A stretch of 63,527 nucleotides of DNA, the filler included, from Olpidium bornovanus S191 (Eukaryota; Fungi; Olpidiomycota), in NCBI GenBank assembly GCA_017911155.1. It is 34 parts of 34 records of this genome, joined end to end, with 100 filler letters (N's around TTAATTAATTAA, not from the genome) between each part and the next. Parts side by side here need not be neighbours in the genome. Positions count along the whole stretch, not along the records: positions 1 to 1,678 come from JAEFCI010005779.1; positions 1,779 to 3,570 come from JAEFCI010013018.1; positions 3,671 to 5,090 come from JAEFCI010008277.1; positions 5,191 to 7,156 come from JAEFCI010007677.1; positions 7,257 to 8,754 come from JAEFCI010001464.1; positions 8,855 to 10,116 come from JAEFCI010002224.1; positions 10,217 to 11,626 come from JAEFCI010012526.1; positions 11,727 to 12,785 come from JAEFCI010012914.1; 26 more parts are not named here. One strand, written 5' to 3'. The notes under the pieces were generated by a model. The model worked only from the letters and a program-made list of their open reading frames with translations. It ran no database searches and was not told the origin of the DNA. Below are positions 1-13,583 of this stretch, piece after piece. Each line of letters starts with the position of its first letter. Within the stretch, counting starts at the first letter, position 1. A program made the translations under genes and the position numbers.

Positions 1-88
1 TATTTGATTTGGAACCGAGTCCCAGGGCTACGATCGCTCACAGTGGCCGGCCTGTCAACCAGCTTTGACTGGCGACCTTATCTGCCCG

Positions 89-1181
89 ATGCTGTTCCCT
101 GCAAGACTGCGTAAGGGCATGACCGTCGCCGTGGCATTGTCGGCCATATTACTCGGATACGGGCTCGGCCGTCTCTGGGAAAAGCGAGCTCGGCGAGACG
201 GAAAGGGGGTGCGCGATGTAAAGAGTGGCGGCGCATCGTCCGGATCGCCGGACGCCGCAAGGGAAAACAAACCGGACGGGAGGGGAAGCGACCGAGATTC
301 CGATGAACGTTCAAGAGCGGGAGATGCTCAGGAGCAAGGTTCTCCTGTCACTGCTCCTCTCGAGCTCGGTGACGGCAACAAAACGGCGTTGGAGCTCGCG
401 GCTACACCCGCCGGGAATCCTCCGAGCGAACCGCAAACCGCCTCGGATGTGTTTGGCCCAAAAATCTGGAAGCAGAAGACGTTTGGCGGCGTCGCGATAG
501 CATCGTGGAGCAGGCAATGGAGCGAAGCTGTGGCTCCAAAGGAATTGGCATTTGCATTCTCATCGTCGACCGCCGTCCAAGTGGCCGAGCTGCTGAAATT
601 CCCCCAGCGCTACCGAGAATCGGAACCGTCGTCAACGCCGGTGCCGCCAATAATCCGGCGGCAAGTGGCGAAGTACGCCGAAGGCAAGTTCGGGAATATT
701 GCCGAGCCTGTAAGTTGTGTTCCCAACAGCAATCTGCGACCGCGCTCGGTAAAATGTACCCAATTTTTTTCGTTTGTTTGTTCCTGAACTCGCTTTCGCC
801 AAATATCCGCAGAATGCAAACAAATTTCAGGAGAAACGGAGTGGAGCGCCACCACTGGGTCCGGATTCAAAATCAGCCGTAGTTGGCGGAGCATCCGCAG
901 AGGACCCGAGCGGAAGACTCGAAGCTTCGGCCGGGAAGAGCGCGAAGAAGGAGGAGGAGATCAAAAGAAGCAGCCTTGCATACAGGTCGTTCGACAACAT
1001 GCGCGACGCGTTGTCCTTCAGCCTGACGGCAACCCCGGTGACAGCAAGTCCGGTGCTCAGCCCGCGGACAGAATGCGGCCGCGCCAGCCCCGCGTTTGAC
1101 GCGGAGATGGAGGACCTGATTTCCAGATTGCAGAATCTGGACTTGAATAATGAGCAAACCGAGGAAGAACCTGCCGGCTGA
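89..1181 (+). CDS. Uncharacterised protein with N-terminal hydrophobic anchor, 2 exons
   Basis: ORFs 65-787 and 774-1181 join in frame across a GTAAGT...CCGCAG intron (710-812, phase 0). Hydrophobic stretch VAVALSAILLGYGLGRLW; the rest is S/P/E-rich; no family recognised. Confidence 0.5.
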
Positions 1182-1678
1182 ACAAAAAACGCGACATGCG
1201 CCCTCAAATTGGGGATGGTTGCCCCGAAGCCGTATTTCCTTCGAGGCGCGCACGTTGGAACGTTGCGACAAGTATCCGGAGTTGAGGGCGTGCGCCGCGC
1301 AGGTCTGGCAAAGACTCCGCTTTGGGTGATGGTATTTTATTGTCCGAATAATTGAGATGTGTTTTTTTTATCGGGCGGGAGTTGTGTTTGGGGTGTCCAG
1401 TTTCCCGTCGCAGTGTGTAGCGGTACGCGGACGTGCTGTGTGCTTTCATAATCCTGGTTTTTGACAATGGTCACAGCCAAAATAACGAATTCGGCGGCGC
1501 TGGGCCCTCCTGCTTCGCCGAGGTTCTTGACTAGGGTGGAAACCCAAACCAGGTCGGCCCCAGAAAGGTCCCCCGTGGAGGTCTTTACGTAGCAGTCGCA
1601 AAACGCAGGCGGGCAATTGTGCCCTTCTCAGGCGCTTCGACGCCTTGCTTCTGGGACGTGTCAGATTCGAACACATGA

Positions 1679-1778
1679 NNNNNNNNNNNNNNNNNNNNNN
1701 NNNNNNNNNNNNNNNNNNNNNNTTAATTAATTAANNNNNNNNNNNNNNNNNNNNNNNNNNNNNNNNNNNNNNNNNNNN
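1679..1778. other. Artificial contig spacer (44 N + TTAATTAATTAA + 44 N); first of 33 identical 100-nt spacers, last at 61884-61983
   Basis: Same 100-nt layout at every gap; the 12-mer gives stops in all six frames, a standard pseudomolecule linker. Confidence 0.99.
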
Positions 1779-2728
1779 CATGAAAAAGCAAGAAGGGCGA
1801 ATCGGGGGAAGGGAGCGCAAAAGACGAGGGTGTCGGGGCTGGCGTACAGGCGTCTCCGTATTCTGACCCAAAACAAAATGTGTCAAAACTTAATTCAATC
1901 CATCCGGCTGGAAACTTCTTGAGCTTTTTTCGCTTTTTCCAAAACAGAGGATACCGTCTGTCCAAACTGTTCGGATGTGCGCGCCCTGGCGATTCGAAGC
2001 TGACTTCCTCCACGGTTGGCACAGGACACTCTGGTGTTTATGACAAACCACGCACAAACGAAGCGCGCACCGTCGGTTTTTTTAGGCGGGTCGAAGGGAC
2101 TATCTGGCCGATTCAGAACAGACATCATATTCCGCAGTACTCCCGACCGGCAGAAGGGCGGACCGGGAGCTTCCGCGACGGCGCGTGAGGAGTCACCAAC
2201 GCCGGCAGTCGCGCGTCCGTTCATGAGAATTCTCGAATATTTGAGCAGGCCATCAAACGAAGGATCCCGCCCCGTCGCATCAAGCACGGTGCTTCGCCGT
2301 CCTCCTTCCCGGACGGAGTCCTCACCGCCTGCGGAGCGTGAAGTATTTACCCACGACGGCAGTCGCGCTTCCGGTCTCGGGGAGGGTCGAACTCCCGAAG
2401 CGACGACTGGACCACGCAGGCGCCGTCGTGCCGCTGCTGCCGCAGAGAGAACAACCATCGGGCAAAAACGAATCAAGGGCTAAACCAGCCCCATCGCGAG
2501 GGAAACGGTACTCTACCGTTTTTCTGCCCAGAAGGAGTCCAAGCGGGTGAAGAGGCCTGAGCTACTACGAAACCTCGTCTGATGTGCGCCGCGACGAGTC
2601 GTATGGTAACGCCAGAAAAATGCAAACAAAACAAAAAAAGTCTAAAAAAGGTCGTAGCAAATCCTCTAGGCTTCCGCGGTCGTGCAGAAATGGGAATTCT
2701 CGCTAAAACTTGGCGGAGCACCCGGGCC

Positions 2729-3210
2729 TCATCCGCACCGCGAAGTCACGTCTTGGTTGAACAACCTCCTGTCTATGTGACCCTTGATCCTGTCGTCTTT
2801 TATAATGCTGATGCGTGAGAAAGTGACATAAGCGTGAACGGAGGTGAAGTTGTTAATAACGAACAAACTGCCCGGGGAGCGGCAGTGCCCATAGCACGCC
2901 CAAAGGGTCGAAGAAAGAAAAAAAATCCCTCTAACTTGGCGGTGTCGGAGTAGAAGTGGACGCGAAGATCAAAACACAAACCCCCCCACGCACCGCGCGT
3001 CCTTTCTCGCGTCTTCGCCTTCCACGCCTATGCCGAGCTGAGGCGTCTTCGCCTCGATGACGTACTGGTTGTCACAGTGTGGGCAGTATTCGTCCGAGTC
3101 GTCGAGTTCCTCGCTGAGGCAAATTTCGGCCGGGTCGGCGCAAAAAAAAAATTTAACCGACGTCCCCGTCGCGCGTGTGGAGTCCCTGTCAGGACGCGGA
3201 CCGGAGAAAG

Positions 3211-3267
<57 letters not shown>

Positions 3268-3465
3268 ACACTCTCTCTCTTTCTCTTTCCAGACCAGCCG
3301 AGCCGAAAACGCTCACCTCGTGTCTTTCCGGAAAACCTTCTTGCACTTCTTGCATGCCAGCACCAGCTCAGTGCTTTTCCGCAGCGGGTGGTTCGCCGTT
3401 TCGGCATGGCACTGCGGACAGTCGAACCATTTCTTGCAGCACGGGGCACGAATGGACGCCTGCGC
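2729..3465 (-). CDS. Fungal CHY zinc-finger protein (5' partial, 3 exons seen)
   Basis: Spliced translation AQASIRAPCCKKWFDCPQCHAETANHPLRKSTELVLACKKCKKVFRKDTS-EELDDSDEYCPHCDNQYVIEAKTPQLGIGVEGEDARKDAR-IIKDDRIK...RCG*; GT-AG junctions in consistent phase. Confidence 0.85.
3215..3262 (+). repeat. (CT)n microsatellite in a CHY-gene intron
   Basis: About 24 perfect CT units. Similar SSRs at ~20828-20862 (GA), ~48231-48258 (GT), ~59522-59571 (CA, GCAC). Confidence 0.95.
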
Positions 3466-3670
3466 CTACAAAAAAAGGGGGGGAGGGGGGGGGAAGAAAG
3501 CGGGAGAAAAAAGTTCAGCCGCCGTTTGATCAAAGCAAATCTTTGCGGGTGTTTCCGTCACCTGCGGGGCNNNNNNNNNNNNNNNNNNNNNNNNNNNNNN
3601 NNNNNNNNNNNNNNTTAATTAATTAANNNNNNNNNNNNNNNNNNNNNNNNNNNNNNNNNNNNNNNNNNNN

Positions 3671-5090
3671 CATGCGCAGCTCCGCATCAATCCTCTTCAC
3701 GGCACCGGGACGGCAGACGATTTCCACGGTCTGCGACTCCTGTGGCCTGATGAAAAACGCGGTGGCCGTGGCGGAGCATTTGAAGTCGTCGCTCTCCCGT
3801 TGCGCCCAATCCAGCCGCACTTTTGCCGGAATTATCCCGTCGTTTCGGAGCAGAATGGCCGAAGTCTGCGATGTCCCGACGAGGAGCCGCTTAAATTTTA
3901 GAATTGGGACGCCTTGTTTCGTCTTGACCGTTGGCTTTTCCACGAAAACCCGCGGAAGCGTTCCTTCGCCGCGCAGCTCGAAAGAAAGGGAACGGTTGTT
4001 TTTTGGATCGGCATTCTCGACCATGGCCTCGAAGAGGCCGCTGTACGACTGCATTGAGGTCGGGTGGAAGGACGCCGTTACATATCGATGCTCGTGGCTC
4101 GGTATCGACAATCTTTTCGGCTCCACGTCAAACGCCAGGTCGCTGGTGTCCCCTTTTGCCGTCTTGTTGCGTGTCTTGACCGACAGCGTCACGTCGCACG
4201 GAACTTTGTACGGATTCGAGATCTTGAAGCGAACTTGAGACTGCTGGCCGGCTAACAGCGGTCCGAAATAAAACACCCTGTCCTCCTCTGCGTAAACATT
4301 TCCTTGGATGGTGAACAGCTCCAGCCGTTTAACGACCGTGTGCTCTTCAAATATGGAAGGGAAGTCGGTTGTGTTGACCCCCGGAATGCAGCTTTCGCCG
4401 AGGAGACGGTATTCCGTGGCATCCGAGGCATCGTTCAGGGAACGCTCGGATATGTCCAAAGCGAACGCTTCTTCGAAGCTCCCCGGAGCCTCGGCGTGGA
4501 ATTCTACGGTTATCTGCTGCTTCCCGCCAGGGTTAATCACACCGTTGATCGGGAAAACGGCAAACGGACCGAAGCTGGCGGCATCCGCTTTGCCTAGCGC
4601 TTCCTTTCGGTTGACCGTCTTGGGCGTTTCCGTTTCGGCCCCGACTTTCGCGCCCTTTGATATCCGCACGCCGGCCCGAAGCTTTGCGGCGGCGACCTTG
4701 CTGTCCGTCCCCTGCAGCAGTTTCGACATCCCGAATCTGAACTCGAATTCTCCCAAGTTCTCGATCACGAACTGCCTCGTGGCCTTGTTTCCGTGAACCA
4801 GCGCGCCGAAGTTGAGGTCTCGGGCAGGCATAACCGAGAATTTGCTGAAAACTGCACGGGCGATCAAGCGAATGTCCTGCTGGTTGATGACTTCCCCGGT
4901 CGACGGCTCAAAGGTCACACAGCGAAGTCCGGCGGGCGAGTTGATGCCAAGCTCCCGGGTCGCCCTGAACATGATCTGTACCGGAAACGGTTTGTCCGAC
5001 GGTTGAATGACTCCGTGTTGGGGCGATATGGTGAATAGGTCTGAAAGATCCTTTGTATCCAGGGCAAACTTGTAACCGACCTCGTACTTC
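3671..5090 (-). CDS. HYDIN: HYDIN axonemal central-pair protein, internal fragment
   Basis: One open frame across the whole contig; repeated Ig-like (ASH-type) modules such as LNFGALVHG..FVIENLGEFEFRF, FYFGPLLAGQ..FKISNPYKVPCDV, FDVEPKRLSIPSHEHRYVTASFHP, LSFELRGEGTLP, LRNDGIIPAKV. Confidence 0.85.
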
Positions 5091-5233
5091 NNNNNNNNNN
5101 NNNNNNNNNNNNNNNNNNNNNNNNNNNNNNNNNNTTAATTAATTAANNNNNNNNNNNNNNNNNNNNNNNNNNNNNNNNNNNNNNNNNNNNAACGGCGGAG
5201 GGGGGGGGGGGGCGGGGGGGGGGGGGGGGGGGG

Positions 5234-5271
<38 letters not shown>

Positions 5272-6045
5272 CGGTTGGGAGCGAAAGCCAAAAAAAAAAA
5301 TACAAAACGACAACCGCGACGACGACAAACCGACGACGGCGAGAGTAAAAGCGAGTTTGCTGTTACTCCCTGGTGCGTGGCTCGGTTGCTCCGTCCCCGG
5401 CTTTTAGGCCCTTTCTCGAGCGCAAAATGCCGGCGACACGCCACGCGCGCCCGTGAACCGCCTGGCGTCGGGAACCGAGGTAGGTAGACGTTTAATTCAT
5501 TTTAGTTTTTTGTTATTTTTTTTTTCTTTTTTTACTCAAGCGTCGTTGCCCGAGGCGTCCTCCGGCCGACCCGCCGGCGTTTGCCCGCCGGACGGCTACT
5601 AACGTCGCACACCCACGCGGGCGTTAGACAGAGTGCGTCCGAACCATCGACACGCTTGCAGAAATGGGCAGGCGGAAATTGACCTGCGCCGCGGTGTTTT
5701 TCCCGCCGTTTCTGCGTCGACCGCGCAGAACGCCTTGGCAGCGAGGAGCGAAACGAAACCTTTCCAAACGGAAGGAAGGAAGCAAAGGAAGGGTGTGTCG
5801 GATACGTTTCGCGGAAAGAACATGCCGAAGGCCCGCCAAAGAGCACGGTCGATAAGCCGCATGGCATCCGACAGGCCGTCTGGTAACGCATCCGGCAGCA
5901 AATTTGCACGTCGGCAACTCATTACTAACAATTTCTCAAAATGTTTTTGAACTCGTCTCCGCCATCTATCGTTGACTCCATCAATCAAGCGGTAGAGTCT
6001 CGCCGTTCGTGGCCTTTGCGAACGCGCGATTTACTAGGTTGTAAG

Positions 6046-7156
6046 ATGGCCGAGCTCCATCTGCTCGCCGCTCTACCGCTTTCCCGACTGCGTCCACCGC
6101 CGACTTCGCAATCGGATCCCCCATTAGTGCCAACCCCCGACGCGAAAACATTGGAAGGCCAACGAGATCGCCCGCTACCTGACGACGAATCGCATTGCAA
6201 GCCACGGGACGCATGCTCTGGCAAGCTTTTTTTGCCGATGCTCGCATCGCCGCAACCTGCCAGCAGCTTTCGAGACAGGACCGCCGATTCGGCGACGCAA
6301 AACTCCCCGCAGCAGTCGTCGCCGGTCAGCCTTGCACGTCCCGGGCGCTGCCGAAATCACGCGCGCTCGTTTGGGACGGACGCCCGCCGCGGCACGAGTC
6401 TTCAAGGAGCTTTTCGGTGGCTAACCTGCGGCGCCCACGACCAACGGCAGGGCTCCGGAACGCGAGGCGAATCCAGCGCCCGGCAGCCCGCGAGGCGAAC
6501 CGACTCGCCTCGGCCCGGGGTGGCCCAAGGAGGTGCGCAACGCGCAACGGAGCGTCAAAACAACGCGGGCCTGCCGCTGGACGAACGTCGCGACCCTGCC
6601 GAGGCCTGCCCGTTGGGCTCGACGGAGTCCGCGCCTCCGCGGATCGTGCGGATTGTGAGGGATTACTCGAGAGACTTAGTCGTGGAGTTTCTGGCGGTCT
6701 TCCCTTCGCAGTTGGAGGGACGGGTGAGTGCTTGGATATTGGAACAGGGCATGGCATTTTTTTGTATGTTTCGCTGCGTTTCAGCGGCCGAAACGGAGGT
6801 TGGGGCCGTTGCCGCACCATGCATTGCTTTTCTCGCTTAAATTTGTCAAAAATTATTCGGGGATGATTGGTGCTTTCAATTTGAGATCTTGGCGTCTTCC
6901 GGTTTGCCGTCTTCGCTCCTTTCAATTAAAGGTCTTTGCCAATCCTAAACCAAAGTCTTCGACGCAATTCAGTCTTGCCCGTTGGCTTATTGAAACCTGC
7001 CTTTGCGATCCAGCTCCTCTTACCATAACCATCCCCCATGGATCATCGTTGCTAGCCGCTGCACGAAAATGATCTGATACGCTGAAGCCAAAAAGGGGTC
7101 TTTTCCCAATTTACTTTTCGCTTTTCTTGAAACAGATTTCGCAACAGCGTTTTAAA
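6046..7156 (+). CDS. ERF4: Erf4/golgin-A7-family palmitoyltransferase accessory subunit (3' partial)
   Basis: Disordered N-terminus, then IVRIVRDYSRDLVVEFLAVFPSQLEGR, GTGAGT donor at 6723, and a next exon ISQQRFK at 7136-7156, matching the ERF4 pattern RDYS..F...FP..LEGRI....F. Confidence 0.6.
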
Positions 7157-8976
7157 NNNNNNNNNNNNNNNNNNNNNNNNNNNNNNNNNNNNNNNNNNNN
7201 TTAATTAATTAANNNNNNNNNNNNNNNNNNNNNNNNNNNNNNNNNNNNNNNNNNNNCCGGAGGTTTCTGATGAGACTGCTTTTTCACGCATTTTTGCCTC
7301 TCGCACTCTGCTTTCGTCTGTTTGCTGTCCTATTTGCGTCCTTCGCGACATTTGCCCTTCGGTCGCCTTCAGTCATGCCGAGGGTGTTGTAATTGTGGCA
7401 GTAGTACCCGCTCCCGCACCGGGGATACGAAATAGTATACCGCGCGCAAAACTACAAAAAAAATTAAGGCGTGCAATGGCGATCTCATTCGGGGCAGTTC
7501 AAAAAACAAAACAAACGGGGTCTGTTAGCAGAACGCGTTACGCAAGGGCCGCGTGCGCGTGCGAGCACAATCGCGTGTGCGGGGCAGGTCGCGTGACGGC
7601 ACGTGGTTCGCTATGCCTGGGCGCGTGTCGGGAGACGCCCCCGCCACGGCCACAGGAGTAGCGGCGAGAACGAGAGAAAAGAGAGTGAAGAGAGAGAGAA
7701 AAGATCCCCAGGCCACCAGGCCGCCCGCTTGCGCGCGTCGATTCCCCCGGAAGCCTTTCCGCCTTGCGCAGAAAACCCGGGCGATGTACGGTGCGTGTGT
7801 CCTCTCCGCCTTCTCGCAAACTCGGCCCCCATTCGCCCACCCCCCCTTTGCTCCCCGGGGTGGGACAGAAAACGGCGCCGGCCGCTTTCTCTCAGCGCTT
7901 GCCCGCGCGCCGGCCTTCTTCCCTGCGCACTCTTCAACCTACCCCCCCCCCTCCTCCTCCCCCACCCCGGCGCCTTCCGGTCTGGGGCCTGCGTCTTTCT
8001 GACCCAGACCGAACCTTTCTCCCCCCGCCCCCGTGCGCGCGCGCTCTCGTTTCCTCAGGTCGCCCAACGACGGCGTTGACGGCCGGCCGGCCCTCGACCA
8101 GCAAGCCCACTGAGTCGCGTGAGTTTGCGCGGCAGCGGGGGGGGCGTGAAGGGTGGAGGGGTGCCGAACGGCGGGAAAATAAAAAAAAAATGGCGGCCCC
8201 GCCCGCCCTGGCCGGTCTTCCCTGTGCCAACGATTTTTCGATCTTGCCTCATCTTTTAAAAACAAAAAAAAAATGTCCGCGCGCGCGACCTTTGCGCGTT
8301 TGACGACAAAAAGCATGGGGAGCGCGCCCGCCGCCCACGGCCACGAGGACTGGTGAGAGTGCCCTTTCTTCCCCCCCCCTTTTTTTCTTCGCGCCCTCCT
8401 TTTTTGGTTTCCTTTTATTTTATCTTATTTTTTGTCCTTTTTGGCCGGCGACGCGCGGTTGCTCCCACCCCCCCTCACCCACACACGCGTGCGCAAGCCC
8501 AAAAATCGCGAGAAAATTCGTTCTTACATTTTTCCCCACGCCCTCTGCCCGCCTCCCCTCGAACTCAGGCGCGGCTGTGGTTGTACGTTCCCAGTGCCGC
8601 ATCTTTCATCCCCTCCCCCGTTGGCGCGTTGGAGAGGGCTCGTCTCCCGTCAAGCACCGAGTTGTGGGGGATGGGTGACTTACGCAGGTGCCCTGCGCAC
8701 ACCCTAGCCGCCAACGGCCAGGCTTGCGACCACGCGCCCTACTACTGCCATGCGNNNNNNNNNNNNNNNNNNNNNNNNNNNNNNNNNNNNNNNNNNNNTT
8801 AATTAATTAANNNNNNNNNNNNNNNNNNNNNNNNNNNNNNNNNNNNNNNNNNNNAACCTCGAGACAGAACTTCAAAACTGGTTAACGGTTGCAAGACACA
8901 GGAACGTTTCGCGAAGCCTTCCCCCCCTTGCGGGGCCCGTCCAGACAATTGGTCGCAGACCAATGAGCAAAATGCC

Positions 8977-10035
<1,059 letters not shown>

Positions 10036-10079
10036 GATTCCGTTGGACGCGAGCGGGATGGAGAGCGAGGAGGGAGCGG

Positions 10080-10116
<37 letters not shown>

Positions 10117-10216
10117 NNNNNNNNNNNNNNNNNNNNNNNNNNNNNNNNNNNNNNNNNNNNTTAATTAATTAANNNNNNNNNNNNNNNNNNNNNNNNNNNN
10201 NNNNNNNNNNNNNNNN

Positions 10217-10668
10217 ACATGTCCAGCTTGATGAATTCGATGAGCCTTGTGCTCGAGGAGTTTTACAATAATTTGCGGGTACGAATGCCGAACCACCAAG
10301 TTGTGTTATCGTATGAGTGTGCGCGCAGCCCCTTATTCTTTGCGGAAAACCCTGGTGGTTCCCTGTTTTCTGCCTGCAGGTTGTCGGCGTGTCGGCAGTG
10401 ACGGGCGCGGGAATGGACGAATTTTTTTGCGCTGTGGCCGAAGCGGTGGAGGAGTACGAGAGCGAGTACAAGCCGGAGCTGGAGCGGCTCATTAGCGAGA
10501 AAGTAAGGCCTGGTTTGGGTATGAGGGCGATTTTTGTTTCCCATGTCAAAGCCTGACCTCGTTTGCGGCATTTTTTTGTCACTTCAGCGAAAACGCGAGG
10601 AGGCTATAAAACAGGACAGCATCAACAGGCTGTTGCGTGACATGGACGTGAATCGGGAAACTCCCTAG
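10217..10668 (+). CDS. GPN1: GPN-loop GTPase 1 (Npa3/XAB1), C-terminal 3 exons
   Basis: [80 protein letters not shown]; introns 10279-10379 and 10503-10587. Confidence 0.87.
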
Positions 10669-10686
10669 ACTGGTGCGCTCGGTGCG

Positions 10687-10739
<53 letters not shown>

Positions 10740-11726
10740 ACCCCCCCCCCCCTGCCCCCGCCCCCCCCGGCACCCAACCCCCCCCCAACTCCCTTCCTCT
10801 CCCTCCATCCCCTCACCCTTCCCCACAGGCTTGCGTGCATATCCGATTAATTCCCTGTGCCGCGTTGTAAAAATGAAAATCCAGATAGCAGAACCGCTCT
10901 CTGTCACGTCCTTTTTCTCCATTTGTTCAACATTTGTGCGCCCTCCCCCCCCCTTTCCTCCCCTCCGTCCTTCTTTTCTTTTTCTTCCTCCGGACAAAAA
11001 AAAACCGAAAATAACAGGGGGAATAAATAAACGAACGCGCGGCGGGCGGCGTGTGAAAGCGCGCGCGAATGCGCGAGCGCGCGATTGCGTGAATCTGTTG
11101 GGCGCCTTTCTCCCGCACGCGTGATTTAGGGGAAGAGAAAGAAAGAGAGGGGCAGAGAGCCGCTGCGGCGGCGGCGGCGGGTGCCGTCCGCGGGAGAGGG
11201 GGAAAAAGTAGTGTTTTAGGCGGGCATGGCCCTCGGGCGGTCGCGGTTCGTCGCGAGAGGCGGCGGCGGCGGCGGCGGCGGCGCGGCGTTTGCCTCGTGG
11301 GCACTCGTTAATTTCCGGCTGGCGTGCGAGGGAACGACTTGCGGAGGGAGAAGGGGGGGGAGGGGGGAGGGGAGGGGAAGGGAAGGTTCGGTCCCGGGGC
11401 GGAATTAGGTCAAGCCCAACCCCTGCGCACAACCCGGCCCCTCCCCCGACCTTACCGTCTTCCTTGTTGATGTTGCTGTCGTTGTTGCTGTGATTGTTGA
11501 GACCGCCGGAATCGGCGTGAAGACTCTCTGGCGAATGCGGAGGCGGGAAAAAACAACAACAAAGAAAAACCGCATTTTTCCCCAGTTCGGTGGAAAAAAA
11601 AAAATTGAGTGCCGAAACCCCCGCCCNNNNNNNNNNNNNNNNNNNNNNNNNNNNNNNNNNNNNNNNNNNNTTAATTAATTAANNNNNNNNNNNNNNNNNN
11701 NNNNNNNNNNNNNNNNNNNNNNNNNN

Positions 11727-11761
<35 letters not shown>

Positions 11762-11788
11762 AGAAAGTTTCTCTTAAGTGGCCCCCGA

Positions 11789-12785
11789 ATGAGTGAGCTC
11801 GCCGCGCCCGGCGGTCTTGAGCCCGCCGCCGCGGACGCGTCCCGCCGCGAGGACGGCGCGCTCGCCGCGCCGGAGCGCCTGGAGCCGTACACCCGCCACC
11901 GGCCGCGCAGGCAGGCGTTCGCCGCGGTGGACCCGGCAGCGAACCCGCCCGTCAGGCTGTACTACGAGCTGTACGGGACGGGGGAGACGAAAGTACTTTT
12001 CGTCATGGGTGGGCGCCGCCGAATGTGGCGAAGCAGGGGGAGAGGGGGGGGGCGTGCCGCTGCGCGTTCTTCCGACATCAAGGAGATGCAGGCCAGGGCC
12101 CTAATCCCTGGCGTTTTTCTTGGCCGTCCGCCGTCGGCGCGCCGAATATCGGCAACAGGCTTTCAGACTACCGCCATGGCCTGGGAGGAGCAGGTCGAGT
12201 TCTTTTCGGGGCTGCCTGCGTACCAGCTCTGCATTTTTGGTACGAGCGCCACTCCGTCCTGGCGAAATCTCTGCCCCTCCACAAGCAGCAGGCGCGGTTT
12301 TTCAGCCCCGCCGGCACGTTGTTCTCCTGAACCTGGGAATAAAGTTGTTCTCTGATAGGGCGTGCCGCCTTTCCCGCTTATGAAGACAACCGTGGGATCG
12401 GCCGCTCCGATGCCCCCCGTGGTCTGTACAGCACAAGCCAAATGGCAAACGACACCCTCAAGCTCTTGGATATCATCGGCTGGAAGCCCGAAAACGTCCA
12501 CGTCGTGGGCGTGTCTCTCGGAGGTGCGAAATTCTGTTTCCCTTTTGGATACGGCACTGGTGCCCGGGCCTGCGATGACAAAACGCCAACTCTGAACCCA
12601 ATATTTGCTCGCGCAGAAATCAAATGACTTTTAACTGAATCTCTCGCTGCGGTTTTTTTAAAGGCATGATCTCGCAGGAGATTGGGCTGCTTTCTCCCGG
12701 CGGTCTCAAGTCCCTCTGCCTCACCAGCACTCACTCGGGAAGGGCATTTATGTCCCCAACGACCGCCGCACTTATGTTGTCGACC
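11789..12785 (+). CDS. Alpha/beta-hydrolase fold protein (3' partial)
   Basis: [27 protein letters not shown], nucleophile elbow [15 protein letters not shown] (GxSxG); several GT-AG introns. Confidence 0.87.
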
Positions 12786-13483
12786 NNNNNNNNNNNNNNN
12801 NNNNNNNNNNNNNNNNNNNNNNNNNNNNNTTAATTAATTAANNNNNNNNNNNNNNNNNNNNNNNNNNNNNNNNNNNNNNNNNNNNATTCCACGCACGTTG
12901 ATGTCGTCATTAGTACCCTGCATCACAACGTCAGAGGTCCCTCAGAACCGGACCTTTTAGCAGAGTCAGAACCGGCTCTCCTCGTCAGCCGTGAAATCGA
13001 ACCATGACGCTCCAGTCGGAATCGGCTATCCTAGATGACAACGTCTCTTACTATCAACAACTTATCAGGCGCATCCTCGTTCATTTGAGAATCATAATGC
13101 GAGCCAAATGTTTGCAACCGGCGCACTTCCTCGACGCATTCCTGAGCCACAGGTCCTTCGGTTTTTTATCCCCGCCCTGCGAGGTCATTGCATTCATCCC
13201 ATTGATCTCCCTTAGACTTCCCGAGCGGAAGCACCACTTTCGCGAAACCCCCTCGGCGTGTCGTCGCCGAGTAATTCCCGGTCTGCCCGCGCGTCCAAAC
13301 GAGGCCGGCAAAAAAAGTAATCTTCGCGACGGAAGGCGGGAAGCAGGGAATAAGCAGGAGGAGGGCGACGCGAGCTTTGGGATTGGCGCCGACAATGTGT
13401 GGTGGAACTTTCTTTCTCCCGTGGGTTCTTGCCAGATGCCAATCCCACACCTGATGGGGAGAGAGTGGTCGAAGGGACCAGCA

Positions 13484-13495
13484 GGTCACGTGACC
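13484..13495. promoter_or_regulatory. Palindromic E-box GGTCACGTGACC (Cbf1/USF/CLEAR-type)
   Basis: 12-bp palindrome about 90 nt upstream of the U2SURP ATG (13584). Confidence 0.55.
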
Positions 13496-13583
13496 GCTGT
13501 TTTTCTCCTTTTCTTCTTTTTTTTTTGTTCACTTTTTACCCGCAGCCTATTTTGCCAGAACCATTCCTGAGCAAAGCGAAACG

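Noticed and set aside
1723-1734. TTAATTAATTAA repeated 33 times as a possible biological repeat or CRISPR-like array
   Set aside because: Always centred in a 100-nt N gap; it is a six-frame-stop assembly linker.
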